This document shows, in pieces, positions 1-12,650 of a stretch of DNA of 64,000 nucleotides. The notes under the pieces are model-generated. The model did no database searches, had not been told where the DNA came from, and worked only from the letters and a program-made list of their open reading frames with translations. This stretch comes from Squalus acanthias. Its lineage: Eukaryota. Within the stretch, counting starts at the first letter, position 1. Each line of letters opens with the position of its first letter. The DNA lies in the NCBI GenBank assembly GCA_030390025.1, contig CM059433.1, positions 89,466,001-89,530,000 of the forward strand. Reading direction: 5' to 3'. A program made the position numbers and the translations under genes.

Positions 1-149
1 ATTCTTTGCCAGCTCACCTAATAGATGGAGGGAATATCGGGTGTCCCTGATGCTATTTAAAGCCAATCTGTACCTCATAAGTGGGATGTGTACTTTGGCT
101 GAAGACACCGGAAGGCAATTTCTTCACATAGCAGGCCAAGGAGCAGCTT

Positions 150-376
150 CAAGGCCCCCGCCACCGCTCTTCTTCGATGCAGCATTGGAGATCTTGTTGG
201 AGGAGGTCGGCAGGAGGAGTGACGTCCTCTTACCACCAAGCGGCAGGTTGGTACACCGAGTAACTGCGCAGCAGCAGTGGGCAGAGGTGGCAGAGAGGGT
301 CAGCGCCAGGAGCATCACCCATGGGTCTGGCTGCAATGCCGGAAATTTTTTTATGACCTGACCAGGGTTGCTAAGG
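150..376 (+). pseudogene. Relic of a Harbinger Myb/SANT-like (MSANTD/MYPOP-type) gene, exon 1
   Basis: FFDAALEILLEEVGRRSDVLLP...QQWAEVAERVSARS, then after a frameshift QCRKFFYDLTRVAK; collinear with FTERALDALVGAVERRRAILYP...VWREVAQRVSSRS...QCQKKFNDLTRVVR at 57837. Confidence 0.7.
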
Positions 377-596
377 AAAGACTCCTAACTATGATCTCAC
401 ATCAGCCTCTGCATAACCCTGCACTACCTGAAACCCCAGTACTCATAACCCCATGCTGATTCGCTATCGCCTGTTTCAAATTCACCCCCGTTGTCTTCAG
501 CAAAATGTTTGCAGCAAATCTTTTTTTCTGTTTGCGGAGCAAAAGCCAGAAGAGCTATACATCATTTATATCACTAGAATACCATGAAACAATAAT

Positions 597-2110
597 GGCC
601 TGGATTTTACGGGACCTATGACAGCGCACGCACAGCGTACATCGTCGGAAGTGCCCAGTAAGTTCCGGGTTTCCGCACGCAATGTGCATGCGCAAAAACC
701 CGGAACTTGCGATCTCCTTGACAGATCGTACCCATCCGCTGTAAATTCACTTTCACCGCCCAACCACTGTCCAGCGAATACCCACCAAACCTGGTAAAAG
801 CAGGTGTAAGGTCTCCTTTTACCAGCATAAGGGTCAAAATGTTAAAATAATTTTTTTTAATGATTTAAACATTCACTTACATTTAAAATTAGTTTAGGTT
901 ATTTTTGGCCCGTTTAAAAATGTTTAAATTTATTTTTCAAACAATTAAATTTTTATATTACATGTTTAATTAAAGGGTATTTTAATTAATTTTGAACCGC
1001 TGATGATTTACTTTTATTTCAGCGTTATGAAATTTTATTTATTTATCAGGTGATTTCTATTATGCTCATGGGGATTCCATACATAAGAACATAAGAAGTA
1101 AGAGCAGGAGTGGACCACACGGCCCCTCAAGCCTGCTCTGCCATTCAATAAGATCATGGCTGATCATCGACCTCAACTCCACTTTTCCGCCCGATCTCCA
1201 TATCCCTTGATTCCCCTAAGAGTCCAAAAATCTATCTATCTCAACCTTGAATATACTCAAAGACTCAGCATCCACAGCCCTCTGGGGCAGATAATTCCAA
1301 AGTTTCACAACCCTCTGAGTGAAGAAATTCCTCCTCATCTCAGTCTTAAATGGCCTACCCCTTATCCTGAGATTATGCCCCCTAGTTCTAGACACTCCAG
1401 CCAGGGGAAATAACCTCTCAGCATCTACCCTGTCAATCCCCTTCAGCATCTTGTATGTTTCAATGAGATCACCTCTCATTCTTCGAAACTCCAGAGAGTA
1501 TAGGCCCATTCTACACAATCTCTCATCATAGGACAGCCCTCTAATCCCAAGAATTAATCTAGTGAGCCTTCGTTGCACCGCCTACAAGGCAAGTATATCC
1601 TTCCTTAGATAAGGAGACCAAGACTGTGCACAGTACTCCAAGTGTGGTCTCACCAAGGCCCTGTACAATTGTAGCAAGACTTCCTTATTCTTATACTCCA
1701 ACTCCCTTGCAATAAAAGCCAACATGCCATTTGCCTTCCTTATTGCTTGCTGTACCTGCATGCTAGCTTTCTGTGTTTCTTGCACGAGGACACCCAAATC
1801 TCTCTGAACACCAAAATTTGAAAGTTTCTCACCATTTAAAAAATATTCTGTTTTTCTATTCTTCCTATCAAGAATCCCCATAAGCATAATAGGAATCCCC
1901 TTTTGTGACTGGTTGGCTTGACCTGCTTGATCCCAGGGATGCTTGCGAACCACATGCACCCCTGGGATGCGTGGGCCTTTATGCAGGCGACTGCCTGCAG
2001 ACCCAGGACCGCAAGAGTCGGAAGCTCCGGAGACAGCGGGTAAGTATGGAGTTTTCTTGCGGTTCGGAGGTGTACGCGGGTAGCAAGCCTCCGACTGCAA
2101 TTTCAAGGCC
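597..2110. mobile_element. Non-autonomous Harbinger-type element (multi-hairpin family A), interrupted by a CR1
   Basis: Imperfect TIRs GGCCTGGATTTTAC / GCAATTTCAAGGCC; 3-bp TSD AAT (594-596, 2111-2113); 1890-2100 is reverse-complement homologous to 2830-3050. Confidence 0.75.
1079..1871 (-). mobile_element. CR1 LINE 3' fragment
   Basis: ORF2 C-terminal motifs LYRALVRPHLEYCAQSWSPY, LEFRRMRGDLIETYK, RRNFFTQRVVKLWN; (TTCTTATG)n tail at ~1080-1097. Confidence 0.95.
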
Positions 2111-2496
2111 AATGTATTTCAATGAATTCTGTGTTTGTAAACAAACACAAGCATTTCTCCAACCACAATAATGCCCTTTTCAGGGGCCTTAAGTTGCAAT
2201 AGTCCAGCTAAACAGTTAAAACGGTTGTGAATGTTATTATTTGTGATATTCAGGTTTGTACGTGACACTAAATATTGGAAAATCCTGAACCCAAACTATT
2301 AAAATCTGCACTTAATCCATGTATAATTAGACCAACATGGCAATGTGAGAGATTTTCAGGATTTGGCAGGTTGGAATTGTTGTGTATCAACCTGATAGTT
2401 ATAAAACTAAAGGCACTTGATATGGTTTTTTGACCTTGTAGCATAGCCCTTGTCACAGAGTTGATCTGGTATTGTAAAATTGAATCTAATTTAATG

Positions 2497-2827
2497 CATA
2501 GGATTGCATAGGATATACGGCACAGAAACAGGTCTTTCGGCCCAACCAGTCTATGCCGGCGTTTATGCTCCACTCGAGCCTCCTCCCGTCTTTCCTCATC
2601 TAAATCTATCAGCATAACCCTCTATTCCCTTCTCCCTCATATGCTTGTCTAGCCTCCCCTTAAATGCATCTATACTATTCACCTCTACCATTCCCTGTGG
2701 TAGCGAGTTCCACATTCTCACCACTCTCTGGGTAAAGAAGTTTCTTCTGAATTCCCTGTTTGATTTCTTGGTGACTATCTTATATTGATGGCCTCTAGTT
2801 ATGCTCTTCCCCACAAATGGAAACATT
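2497..2827 (-). mobile_element. CR1 LINE 3' end (continues at 4426-4590 after two Harbinger insertions)
   Basis: RRNFFTQRVVRMWNSLP motif and CR1 3' UTR. Confidence 0.9.
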
Positions 2828-3570
2828 GGGCCGTATTTTCCGATCGGAGGCTTCCCGCGTGCGGAGGCCTCCGATCTGGAAAAAATCTATGGACTTACCT
2901 GAGGACTCCTGCGGTCCGGACACTTCTGTTCCTCGGCCTCTCCAACTCGAAATGTGCAGGGCCCACATATCCCAGAGGCGCATGCAGTTCGCAAGCATCC
3001 CTGGGATCACGTGGGCCATGGGGAGCCAATCAAAGAAGGGAATCTCCCTTCATACACTTGACAGATAGACCTGTCAAATATATGAATGGAGATCACCCCA
3101 AAAAGACACTAAAATGTTAAATATTTTTTTTTTATATCACATTTTTAAAATGAGTTGAAATTACAATAAATTAAATATTTTAAACAAAAATTTAATTTTT
3201 TGAAAAAAATAATTAAAGTTTTTTATGGGGCTAAAAATAAACTTATCTTTTTTTAAAGTATTTTTAAATGATAAATGAGTGAAAAAACATTTTTTTTTTT
3301 ACTTTTTTCAAATCTTATGCTGGTAAAGTCTTACCAGGCGTAAGATTTCTAAGGGTTTTCTGCGGGCGGAGGTTCTCCAGAAAGCGGAACTATCCGCCCG
3401 CAGAGGCCCTTCTCTAGGGCAGGCGTCCGATCTGTCAAGAGCATTCTTGACAGATCGGAAATGCCGGTTTTCAGCACATGCGCTTGGCATGCCTGAAACC
3501 GGCATTTCCGATGTCCCTATGGGTGTGTACACAGCTCGTACACACCCGTAGGGATCGGAATATATGGCCC
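2828..3570. mobile_element. Non-autonomous Harbinger-type element (family A)
   Basis: TIRs GGGCCGTATTTTCCG / CGGAATATATGGCCC; TSD ATT (2825-2827, 3571-3573); several internal palindromes and an AT-rich core. Confidence 0.9.
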
Positions 3571-3579
3571 ATTCCCTTT

Positions 3580-4425
3580 GGGGGCGATTTTGCCAGCCCT
3601 GGGGAGGCGGGTATGGAGGCGGGACTGCCGGGAAAATGGCAGAATCTGGGAGCGGGTAACCATCCCGCCCCCAACCTGCCTCCGTGCCATCTTTCCAGGA
3701 GGCGGGTACCTGACCCGCGCCGGGTCCCGTCTCCTCGAGGCTGGGAAGGGGATTAGTACCAATTAACTGCCTGTTAACAGGTAGATAACAGGCAGTTTTT
3801 TTGCTAATCCTTATTTTGAGACCTAAAGTGCGGGCTTCCCGACGGCTCCAAACCTCGCCAGGATCAGCAAGACGAGCTGTGGTTCTGCGGGGGTCGGAGG
3901 GGCCGAAATGTCCGGTGTGCAGGTGAGTGATGAGTGCAAGTGTGGAGAGGTAAGTGTGTGAGGTGAGTGTAGAGTGTGTTAATAAGATTACTTACCTTTG
4001 CTTCTTCCTCCAGGCTTCATCCCTTTAGGCTACGGAGCTGCCTCATCTCATCGGCAGAGAAAGCAGAATTGCCGCTGCATTCTTAAATACAGCAGCCTTC
4101 TGCTTTCTGCTCAGGAAAGCTTTCTAAGTGAGTCTTCAGTACAAGGACTGAACTTAGAAGATAGATTGTCAGTGTTTGACAGCTTCACAGAGCTGTCAAA
4201 TGATGACAATTCATCTGTCAAAAAATCTTGACAGATGAAACGTCATACTCTGACGTTCTCTGTCACCGGCTCTCTCTTAATTGGCCTGCTAAGCCCGCTG
4301 AGCGGCCTAACAAGGTCAATCAAGGGAAAATAGCGTGGGTTGGCCAGACGTCGATGGAGGCGGGACTAAAACCCGACAAGCAGCAGTCCCGCCTCCATCA
4401 CGTCCCCATTGATAAAATCACCCCC
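3580..4425. mobile_element. Non-autonomous Harbinger-type element
   Basis: TIRs GGGGGCGATTTT / AAAATCACCCCC; imperfect TSD TTT/TCT; CR1 sequence resumes directly after it. Confidence 0.85.
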
Positions 4426-4590
4426 TCTGTATCCACTCTATCAAAACCTTTCACAATTTTAAAGACCTCTATTTGGTCACCCCTCAGCCTTTTTTCAAGA
4501 GAAATGAGACCCAGTCTGTTCATCCTTTCCTGATATGGTTGCATTTCTGGTATCATCCTTGTAAATCTTCTCTGCACCCTCTCCAGTGCA
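4426..4590 (-). mobile_element. CR1 LINE fragment (upstream part of the 2497-2827 copy)
   Basis: tctgtatccactctatcaaaacc...ctgcaccctctccagtgc is CR1 ORF2 antisense, collinear with 2827. Confidence 0.85.
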
Positions 4591-5129
4591 ATACAATGTT
4601 TAAAAGCTTGGATTATATTTGCTAATTTTAATTTACATCTTGAGCACTTGTTTCCTATGTATTACAAAGGAGGTTCACTGACATGCCACAAGTATTCATG
4701 TATATAATATACGGTTCAGTTAATAACCAGAGTCTAAAAATAGGCAAATTATGATAAATTACCCAATTCATGCAGTGACTCACATGTTTGGAAATCCATA
4801 CCTAGGGAAATTACTAACAAATTCAAATGTGATTAAGAAGGAACTTTTCACTCATTAGTACCATGAGTAACACAATTGGTTTTAATGATTTTCAGTGGGG
4901 CAGTGTCATCCTGCTGGAGAGGGTGAGTAGGGTAAGCTAGTGGTAATGATACTGTGTATTGTGACAGCGGTCTGTGAGTCTAGTGTGCTTTTTTGAATAA
5001 GGAAACCTGTCAATACACAAGCAATCAACACATCCTTCCGAATTTGTCTCCAGAATGTTTGCTCACTCACCAATAAGGCCCTCGTCATTCATTATCTCAT
5101 CATGGATGACTGTATCAACAGGACAGAAA

Positions 5130-5990
5130 TAGGGCTCAAAGGCAACGACTCCTTTCTCCTTTACAGAAGCAACCCTGCCAAGCGATACCTTTCAACATTG
5201 GCCCCGTCCAACCTGAAGTGGCGGCACCATGGCCCTTATCTCCAAGTCACATCTTGATTCCTCCTTCTACTTCTCTGGCAAATTCTCCACCAAACAGCTC
5301 TTTCTCTTCCATCCCTCATGCCTTTCATTTAAACTCCTCATAGTTTACCACCCCTCCTCAAGTCCAATGCTGATTTCCTCCCTTCTCTCTTCTCTTGGGA
5401 CTATGTACTGAGCAACTCTTCGTCTTTGGTGAATTCAATATTTACCTTAACTCTCCTAGCTATCTCTCTACTGATTCACCACTCTCCTGTCCTCTCTCAA
5501 TCTTGCCCTTCATGTACACTCCCTTACCCATACCTTTGGCCACCTCCTGGACCTACTCGTATCTCGTAGCCTCTCTGTATCTGTGGTCTCAATCTCCAAC
5601 AAGGCTAAGTCTGACTACTTCCTTGTCTCCTTCACCACCCACATCCTCACTAGCCTCCTACAGTAATGGTACTTCCACCATCTGCCCCTGGAAAAAAAAA
5701 CCTGAATTTCAAACTCCTAAATCACCTGCCCTTGGCCCTTTGCTTGCTACTAATGCTCAGCCACTGTCAACCTTTTTAATCATGCTCTCACCTCTCATTT
5801 TGATGCCCTTGTTCCCACCAAAACTGTCACTACCTTCCCAGCCCTGTCCAGTTTGAGGATACAAATATGAGCATCCCTGACCTAGCCAACCATCACCAGA
5901 TCTGGCTTGAACATATCAAGAACTATTGTGCTTTGCTTTTCTTGGCTAAAACCATCCACCATTCCTGGATCATCCTGGAGGACATGCTCC
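5130..5990 (+). mobile_element. Decayed L2 LINE fragment (endonuclease/linker region)
   Basis: CT-rich, FVFGEFNIYLNS (GDFN-like) motif; 3' part homologous to the L2 at 41.2-41.4 kb. Confidence 0.7.
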
Positions 5991-6359
5991 TTTACTCTAT
6001 GGCTATTAAGCATCACCCGGGCAGAGTACAGAGAAAAAAATCATGAGGAAAAGACTGCATAAGCATAATGAAGCCCAATTTGTTGCTACAATTCCTGAAT
6101 CTAGGAAAATATGGCCCTTAGTGTTTCTACATCATGGAGGAAGCAAAGATGCAGTCGTTGATATGATGAGGTGTTGCAAATCAAAACTGTCATTAAGGTT
6201 TATTGACCCATTGAAAATGGTGGATGAGTCTTATTGAGTCCCTGTTGTTGGGCTGCAGGGTCTCCTACAGCAACTCTTCCAAGTTTAGATGGAATTTTAC
6301 ACATCAGAGATCGAGCTGAAAGCTCCCTTACATGAGGCCATTGACTTTTAAAGTGGAAT

Positions 6360-8608
6360 TTTTTTTTTCTTTGTTTCTCGGATGAGGGCATCGCAGGCAA
6401 GGCCAGCATTATTGCCCATCCCTAATTGCCCTTGCGAAGGTGGTGGTGAGCCGCCACCTTAAACCGCTGCAGTCCGTGTGGTGAAGGTACTCCCACAGTG
6501 CTGTTAGGGGTTGAGTTCCAGGATTTTCACCCAGCGACGATGAAGGACCGCCGATATATTTCCAAGTCAGGGTGGTGTGTAACTTGGAGGGGAACTTGCA
6601 GGTGATGGTGTTCCCATGCGCCTGCTGCCCTTGTCCTTCTAGGTGGTAGAGGTCGCGGGTTTGGGAGGTGCTGCCGAAGAAGCCTTGGTGAGTTGCTGCA
6701 GTGTATCTTGTAGATGGTACACACTCTTGTAGCCACAGTATTTATGTGGCTGATCCAGTTAAGTTTCTGGTCAATGGTGATCCCCAGGATGTTGTTGGTG
6801 GGGGATTCAGCGATGGTAATGCCGTTGAATGTCAAGGGGTGGTGGTTAGACTCTCGCTTGTTGGAGATAGTTATTGCCTGGCACTTTTGTGGCGCGAATG
6901 TTACCTGCCACTTAACAGCCCAAGCCTGAATGTCATCCAGGTCTTGCTGCATTCGGGCAAGGACTGCTTCATTATCTGAGGAATTGCGAATGGAACTGAA
7001 CACTGTGCAATCATCAGTGAACTTCTGGCCTTATGTTGGAGGGAAGGTCATTGATGAAGCGGCTGAAGATGGTTGGGCCTAGGACACTGCCCTGAGAAAC
7101 TCTTGCAGCGATACTCTTGGGCTGAGATGATTGACCTCCAACAACTACAACCATCTTTCTTTGTGCTAGATATGACTCCAGCCTGTGGAAAGTTTTCCCC
7201 CTGATTCCCATTGACTTCAATTTTACCAGAGCTCCTTGATGCCACACTCGGTCAAATGCTGCCTTGATTTCAAGGGCAGTCACTCTCACCTCACCTCTGG
7301 AATTCAGCTCTTTTGTCCATGTTTGGATCAAGGCTGTAATGACGTCTGGAGTCAAGTGGTCCTGGCGGAACCCAAACTGAGCATCGGTGAGCAGGTCATT
7401 GGTGAGTAAATGCCGCTTGATAGCACTGTTGATGAAACCTTCCATCACTTTGCTGATGATTGATAGTAAGCTGTTGGGGCGGTAATTGGCCGGATTGCAT
7501 TTGTCCTGCTTTTTGTGGACAGGACATACCTGGGCAGTTTTCCACATTGTCAGGTAGATGCCAGTGTTGTAGCTGTACTGGAACAGCTTGGCTAGAGGAG
7601 CGGCTAGTTCTGGAGCACAAGTCTTCAGCACGATAGCCGGGATGTTGTCGGAGCCCATAGCCTTTGCTCTATCCAGTGCACTCAGCCATTTCTTGATATC
7701 ACGTGGAGTGCATCGAATTGGCTGAAGACTGGCTTCTATGATGGTGGGGACCTCAAGAGGAGGCCGATATGGATCATCCACTTGGCACTTCTGGTTGAAG
7801 ATGGTTGCAAACGCCTTGTCTTTTGCACTTGCATGCTGGGCTCCGTCATCATTGAGGATGGGGATATTCATACATCCTCCTCCTCCCGTTAGTTGTTCAA
7901 TTGTCCACCACCATTCACAACTGGATGTGGCAGGACTGCAGATCTTTGATCTGATCCGTTGATTGTGGGATCGCGTAGCTCTGTCTATAGCATGCTGCTT
8001 CCGCTGTTTAGCACGCTTATAGTCCTGAGTTGCAGCTTCCCCAGGTTGGCACCTCATTTGTAGGTACGCCTGGTGCTTCTCCTGGCATGTTCTTCTACAC
8101 TCCTCATTGAACCAAGGTTGGTCCCCTGGCTTGATGGTAATGGTAGAGTGAGGGATATGCCGGGCCATGAGGTTATAGATTGTGGTGGAATACAATTCTG
8201 CTGCTGCTGATGGCCCACAGCGCCTCATGGATGCCCAGTTTTGAGCTGCTAGATCTGTTCTGAATCTATCCCATTTAGCACGGTGGTAGTGCCACACAGT
8301 ACAATGGAGGGTGTCCTCAGTCCGAAGACGGGATTTTGTCTCCACAAGGACTGTGCAGTGGTTACTGCTACAAATGCTGTCATTATCAGATGCATCTGCG
8401 ACAGGTCGATTGGTGAGGACGAGGTCAAGAAGTAGGTTTTTCCCCTCGTGGTGGTTCTCTGACCACCTGTCGCAGGCCCAGACTGGCAGCTATGTCCTTC
8501 AGGACTTGGCCAGCTCGGTCAGTAGTGGTGCTACCGAGCCACTCATGGTGATGGGCATTGAAGTCCCCCACCCAGAGTACATTCTGTGCCCTTGCTTCCT
8601 CAGTGTTT
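6360..8608 (-). mobile_element. 5'-truncated non-LTR retrotransposon of the CR1 group, distinct from the main CR1 family
   Basis: RT-containing ORF 7014-8345 plus a frameshifted continuation 6527-7003; 3' tail GGGATGGGCAATAATGCTGGCCTTGCC and an A-rich end at ~6360. Confidence 0.9.
6527..8345 (-). pseudogene. LINE ORF2 reverse transcriptase, disrupted
   Basis: NPANYRPNSLLSIISKVME, QFGFR, ALEIKAAFDRVWH, VSQGSVLGPTIF; stop near the FADD motif and an internal deletion at ~6730. Confidence 0.85.
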
Positions 8609-8793
8609 CTTTATATAGAAGCTTCTGTATAAATGTAATGATCTTTCAGCTCTTTAAATTAATGTACTATTTAAGAGATCCCAGCAACATTTCAGTGTAC
8701 TATCATTATGCGTAGTGCTGAAGAGTTAAAAGAAAAAAAAACACTAATGCTGAAAACCTGAATTAAAAACAGTAAATGCTGGAAATGCACAGT

Positions 8794-10279
8794 GGGGTAG
8801 AGTTTCTGCTTTGGGTGCAATCGGCGGTTCTGGCACAAATTGCACCCAAAATTGTGCCTGTTTTGAAAAGTGTTTCCCCCCCCCACCCCGAGTTCCTAGA
8901 ATCATAGAATCATAGAATGGTTACAGCACGGAAGAAGGCCATTCGGCCCGTCGAGCCCATGCCAACTCTCTGCAAGAGCACCTCAGCTAGTCCCACTCCC
9001 CCGCCCTTTCCCCGTAGCCCTGCAAATTTCTTTCCTTCAGGTACTTATCCAATTCCCTTTTGAAAGCCATGATTGGGTCTGCCTCCACCACCCTTTCAGG
9101 CGGTGCATTCCACATCATAACCACTCGCTGAGTAAAAAAGTTTTTCCTCATGTCACCTTTGGTTCTTCTGCCAATCACCTTAAATCTGTGTCCTTTGGTT
9201 CTCGACCCTTCCGCCAATGGGAACAGTTTCTCTCTATCTACTCTGTCTAGTCCCCTCATGATTTTGAACACCTCTATCAAATCTCCTCTCAATCTTCTCT
9301 GCTCTAAGGAGAACAACCCAACTTCTCCACTCTATCCACGTAACTGAAGTTCCTCATCCCTGGAATCATTCTCGTAAATCTTTTCTGCACCCTCTCTAAG
9401 GCCTTCACATCCTTCCTAAAGTGCGGTACCCAGAATTGGACACAATACTCCAGTTGAGGCCGAACCTGTGTTTTATAAAGGTTCATCATAATTTCCACGC
9501 TTTTGTACTGTATACCTCTATTTATGAAGCCCAGGATCCCGTAAGCTTTTTTAACTGTTTTCTCAACCTGCCCTGCCACCTTCAATGATTTGTGCACATA
9601 TACCCCTCGGTCTCTCTGAGTTTCCGCTCAAAATCATTTGCATATCGCCAAACACAAAATCTGCCTTGAACCAGTGCAACTGGCCAGCGTTTTAAAACAT
9701 AATTTTAAAAATAGTGTTGCTTTAAAAAATATTCCTGGATATATTTAAGAGTGGTAACTCGGTGCAGTTTGATTAATACAGCCGAAAATGGGTTTCTCAC
9801 AAAAAATAAGCATTTTTAATTATAGTGTCAATCCACCACCTGCGACTAACCTGATTTTAAATGACTGAAAATGACTTTTAATACATATACAGAACCATTT
9901 CCTAGTTATATTGGTGTACAGGAGTCAGTTTCTTAGCTAATTAAACAGAAATTATATTCATAAGCTTTTTAAAACGCTCCTATTAATGTCCTTGCGCCAG
10001 AAGGAACCAGCTTAATTTTTGGAGCCTCCTCGAAGGCCTGCAAATGAGCGCAATTAGCAGAAACTCCCGATGGTGATCAATTCACCCGGGGGGCGTGGGG
10101 GGGGAGGGCAGTTTTGTGGGCGGGGCCTGCTTCTAGCGCAATGTTTTTTAAACTTGCGGAAACGCGAGTGGCGCGGAACGGAATTTGCGCTTGAAATTCC
10201 GCGACCTTTTGCATGGTTACGCCGATTTCAGGCGAATTGCGCCGAAAAAAACAGCGCAACTGAGCGGAAACTCCAAGCC
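8794..10279. mobile_element. Non-autonomous Harbinger-type element containing a CR1 insertion
   Basis: TIRs GGGGTAGAGTTTC / GGAAACTCCAAGCC; TSD AGT (8791-8793, 10280-10282); splits a short palindromic repeat. Confidence 0.75.
8897..9620 (-). mobile_element. CR1 LINE 3' fragment
   Basis: VRPQLEYCVQFW, LEQRRLRGDLIEVFK, RKNFFTQRVV; (ATTCTATG)n tail at 8897-8917. Confidence 0.95.
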
Positions 10280-10970
10280 AGTACGTCGATCAGCATCTAA
10301 AAGGAGAAAAAAAAGCAAGTGTTTCAGACAGAACAAAGATTTTCATCAAAATATTAAACTTTTTGCAGATGCTGACTGATATGCTGTGTATTTGCAGTAT
10401 TTTCTGTTTTTAGTTAGGTTGAAGAGTTAGTTGATTTACAAATGGAAATTTCTTTGCACGTCAGATTCTTGCAAGACTGTTTTCTATTATTATTTTTAAC
10501 GCTATTATCTTAATTTATTGTGCCATATTACTGTACCTCAGTTTTTGCATAAATGTAACTTGTCAAAAGCCTCCTGTAGCCTAGCTGTTCTGATCTAAAC
10601 CTATGAAAAGATACTTAATAAACACCCACGTAAAAATGAAACATTGCTAAAATGCACATTTTCATGTTCAATAAAAATGTAGGAGCTGTTCTTAATCATT
10701 CTAATCCGAATTGTTTCCAATTCCCTGTGTAAGTGGAAATCTGGTGTCAAACTAAATTATCCGCTTTCATTTGAGATCTAAATGAAAGCGTTCCAGACAC
10801 CTAAGGCAATGCAGAAATTGTCAAGTAGATGTACACGGCTTCATAGTATGAGCAGTAATCGGAAACATGTTTGCCATCATGCAGATTTGTGAGCAAAAAT
10901 TCTCTGCAGCTCTTTCACCACAATCAAATCCAAGTGTACACAAACCTGAAGTAACTATGTTGTTTTCAAG

Positions 10971-11050
10971 GCAAAGATGCGACATGCTCATTTTTCAAAT
11001 TTATCCAATTTATTGGAAAGCTGCACTGAGAAGAAGTCGGTGTTTCTGTG
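10971..11050 (+). CDS. Candidate internal exon of an unidentified host gene
   Basis: tgttttcaag| ... ctgtg|gtaagt; open as AKMRHAHFSNLSNLLESCTEKKSVFL; not recognisably repetitive; no homology recognised. Confidence 0.25.
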
Positions 11051-12319
11051 GTAAGTGTACAGGATAGCACGGACACTCGCACACACTGTGGGTATGTAAG
11101 GGGGAGAGAGCTCGGAAGGCAGACAGTGATAGAAAACAAGACCCATTTACACAAAGGGTTCTGCTTCCAGCTCTTTCTAAGTTAACTACTGGAATAAAAA
11201 AGCACCGAATGCAGTGCCAGTGACCCCCCAACCATGACCCTCCTTTCAATTATTTTCCCCATCTGTGGTTTAATCTCATGAATCTAATCTCTTTCTTCTC
11301 CCGTTATTGTTGTGTTAAAGGTGTAATTCCGCAGTATTGGTAATATGTTTACAGGAGTAGTTTATCAATAGGCCCTGAACTGCATGTCTGTATGAATCAT
11401 ATTGGCATTATGACATCATTAAATAACCTCATCATCAAGCTAATTGCCAGACGAAAGGTGTCCCATTGCAGTTGATCATCAAGAAGAAGCTAACTTGTAT
11501 TTAACTACTTGATTACTAAAGTCCTTAAAAAGTCATTAAATTTGTTGGTGTTTTCATTTCAAAACCATTTCAATATTGCATTTTCCTGCTTTAATTATGA
11601 TTTCTAGGATGGTTCTCTCTTCAATTATTTATTTCTTCCTAAGGGAAATTATACCAGACTGTAACCAATGTATCCATCTAACAATACGACTGGGCTATGA
11701 GAGAGTCATAAGCACAAACTTGTTTTGTCTCTCTACCTGGCATGGCATGATGGTACATCAGTGCTTTGAACCGTCACACTGCCTTCATTGGCACTTTTAA
11801 TAAACACCATCACATTTTGTATTATAAATAATAGATTAGAAATTACTGCCGCCTGTGTTATTACAATTGCTTAGTGTGCTCATAACAAATTCCTATCTCC
11901 CTTTTTTAACGGAGAGTTAAAACCTGTTTAATGTGGATAGGTTTTGATGTTTTAAAATAGCAGAAAGGGTCATTTGGTAGAAGTGTTCATGGGATAACGT
12001 CACCGACAGTCATTTCTTTCTACATACCCTAAGGCGTTCTGCTGTAAGTATGACATTAAAACCCTTTAATAGATTAAACCAAGGTCATCATATTTACAGG
12101 AGTTTTCAGAAGAAAATTGCATTTTTTAACTGCTTGGGGATTTTTCTGGACCTGCTGTGTGTTTCCACCATTTTCTGTTTTTGTTTCAGATCCAACATTT
12201 GCAGCTTTTTTGTTAGGAATTTTTTCCTCTTTTTTTTTCTCACTATTAAAAAATATTCTTCCCTCCCCTCCGTAATTGAAAGCCTTGAGTGTTTTCCGTG
12301 GTAAAGTACTGTGCGCTGG

Positions 12320-12650
12320 GCACCCTCCACAACCATATCATTCTTCATGTGTCAGCTGAGATGGTGAGTGTCAGCAGGTTCAACTGTGGAAGCATCGCAG
12401 CCAAAGCATATCCTGCCTTCAGATGATGCTCACCCACATGCACTTCAAAGGGGAATGGCTGCTTAGTAATCAGGGTGGGAAACCTTGTAGGTTTTCCCCT
12501 CCTTAAACCAGGAGCGCTGAAGTCAATCGTAAGGCCTCGACCATTGTCCTGGCAGAGATCAAATAACTCAGCACAGATGGAGTTTGGAGAATCAAACCTG
12601 GGAACTTCCTAGTCTGTAATGCTCAGCTACTCATTGCCTTGCCCAGGCGT
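12320..12650 (-). mobile_element. Old tRNA-derived SINE
   Basis: On - strand a tRNA-like head with B-box-like CCAGGTTTGATTC followed by TCTGTGCTGAGTT; related fragment at ~51950-52180 (+). Confidence 0.55.

Larger units (their letters stand above)
8745..10412. repeat. Short palindromic shark repeat (possibly Penelope-derived), halves 8745-8793 and 10283-10412, split by the Harbinger insertion
   Basis: AAAACAGTAAATGCTGGAAATGCACAG ... CTGTGTATTTGCAGTATTTTCTGTTTTT inverted pair; related copies at ~12140-12210 and ~20560-20630. Confidence 0.5.

Noticed and set aside
1582-2112. 176-aa ORF fusing novel sequence to a CR1 protein
   Set aside because: Chance read-through from MITE sequence into a 5'-truncated CR1
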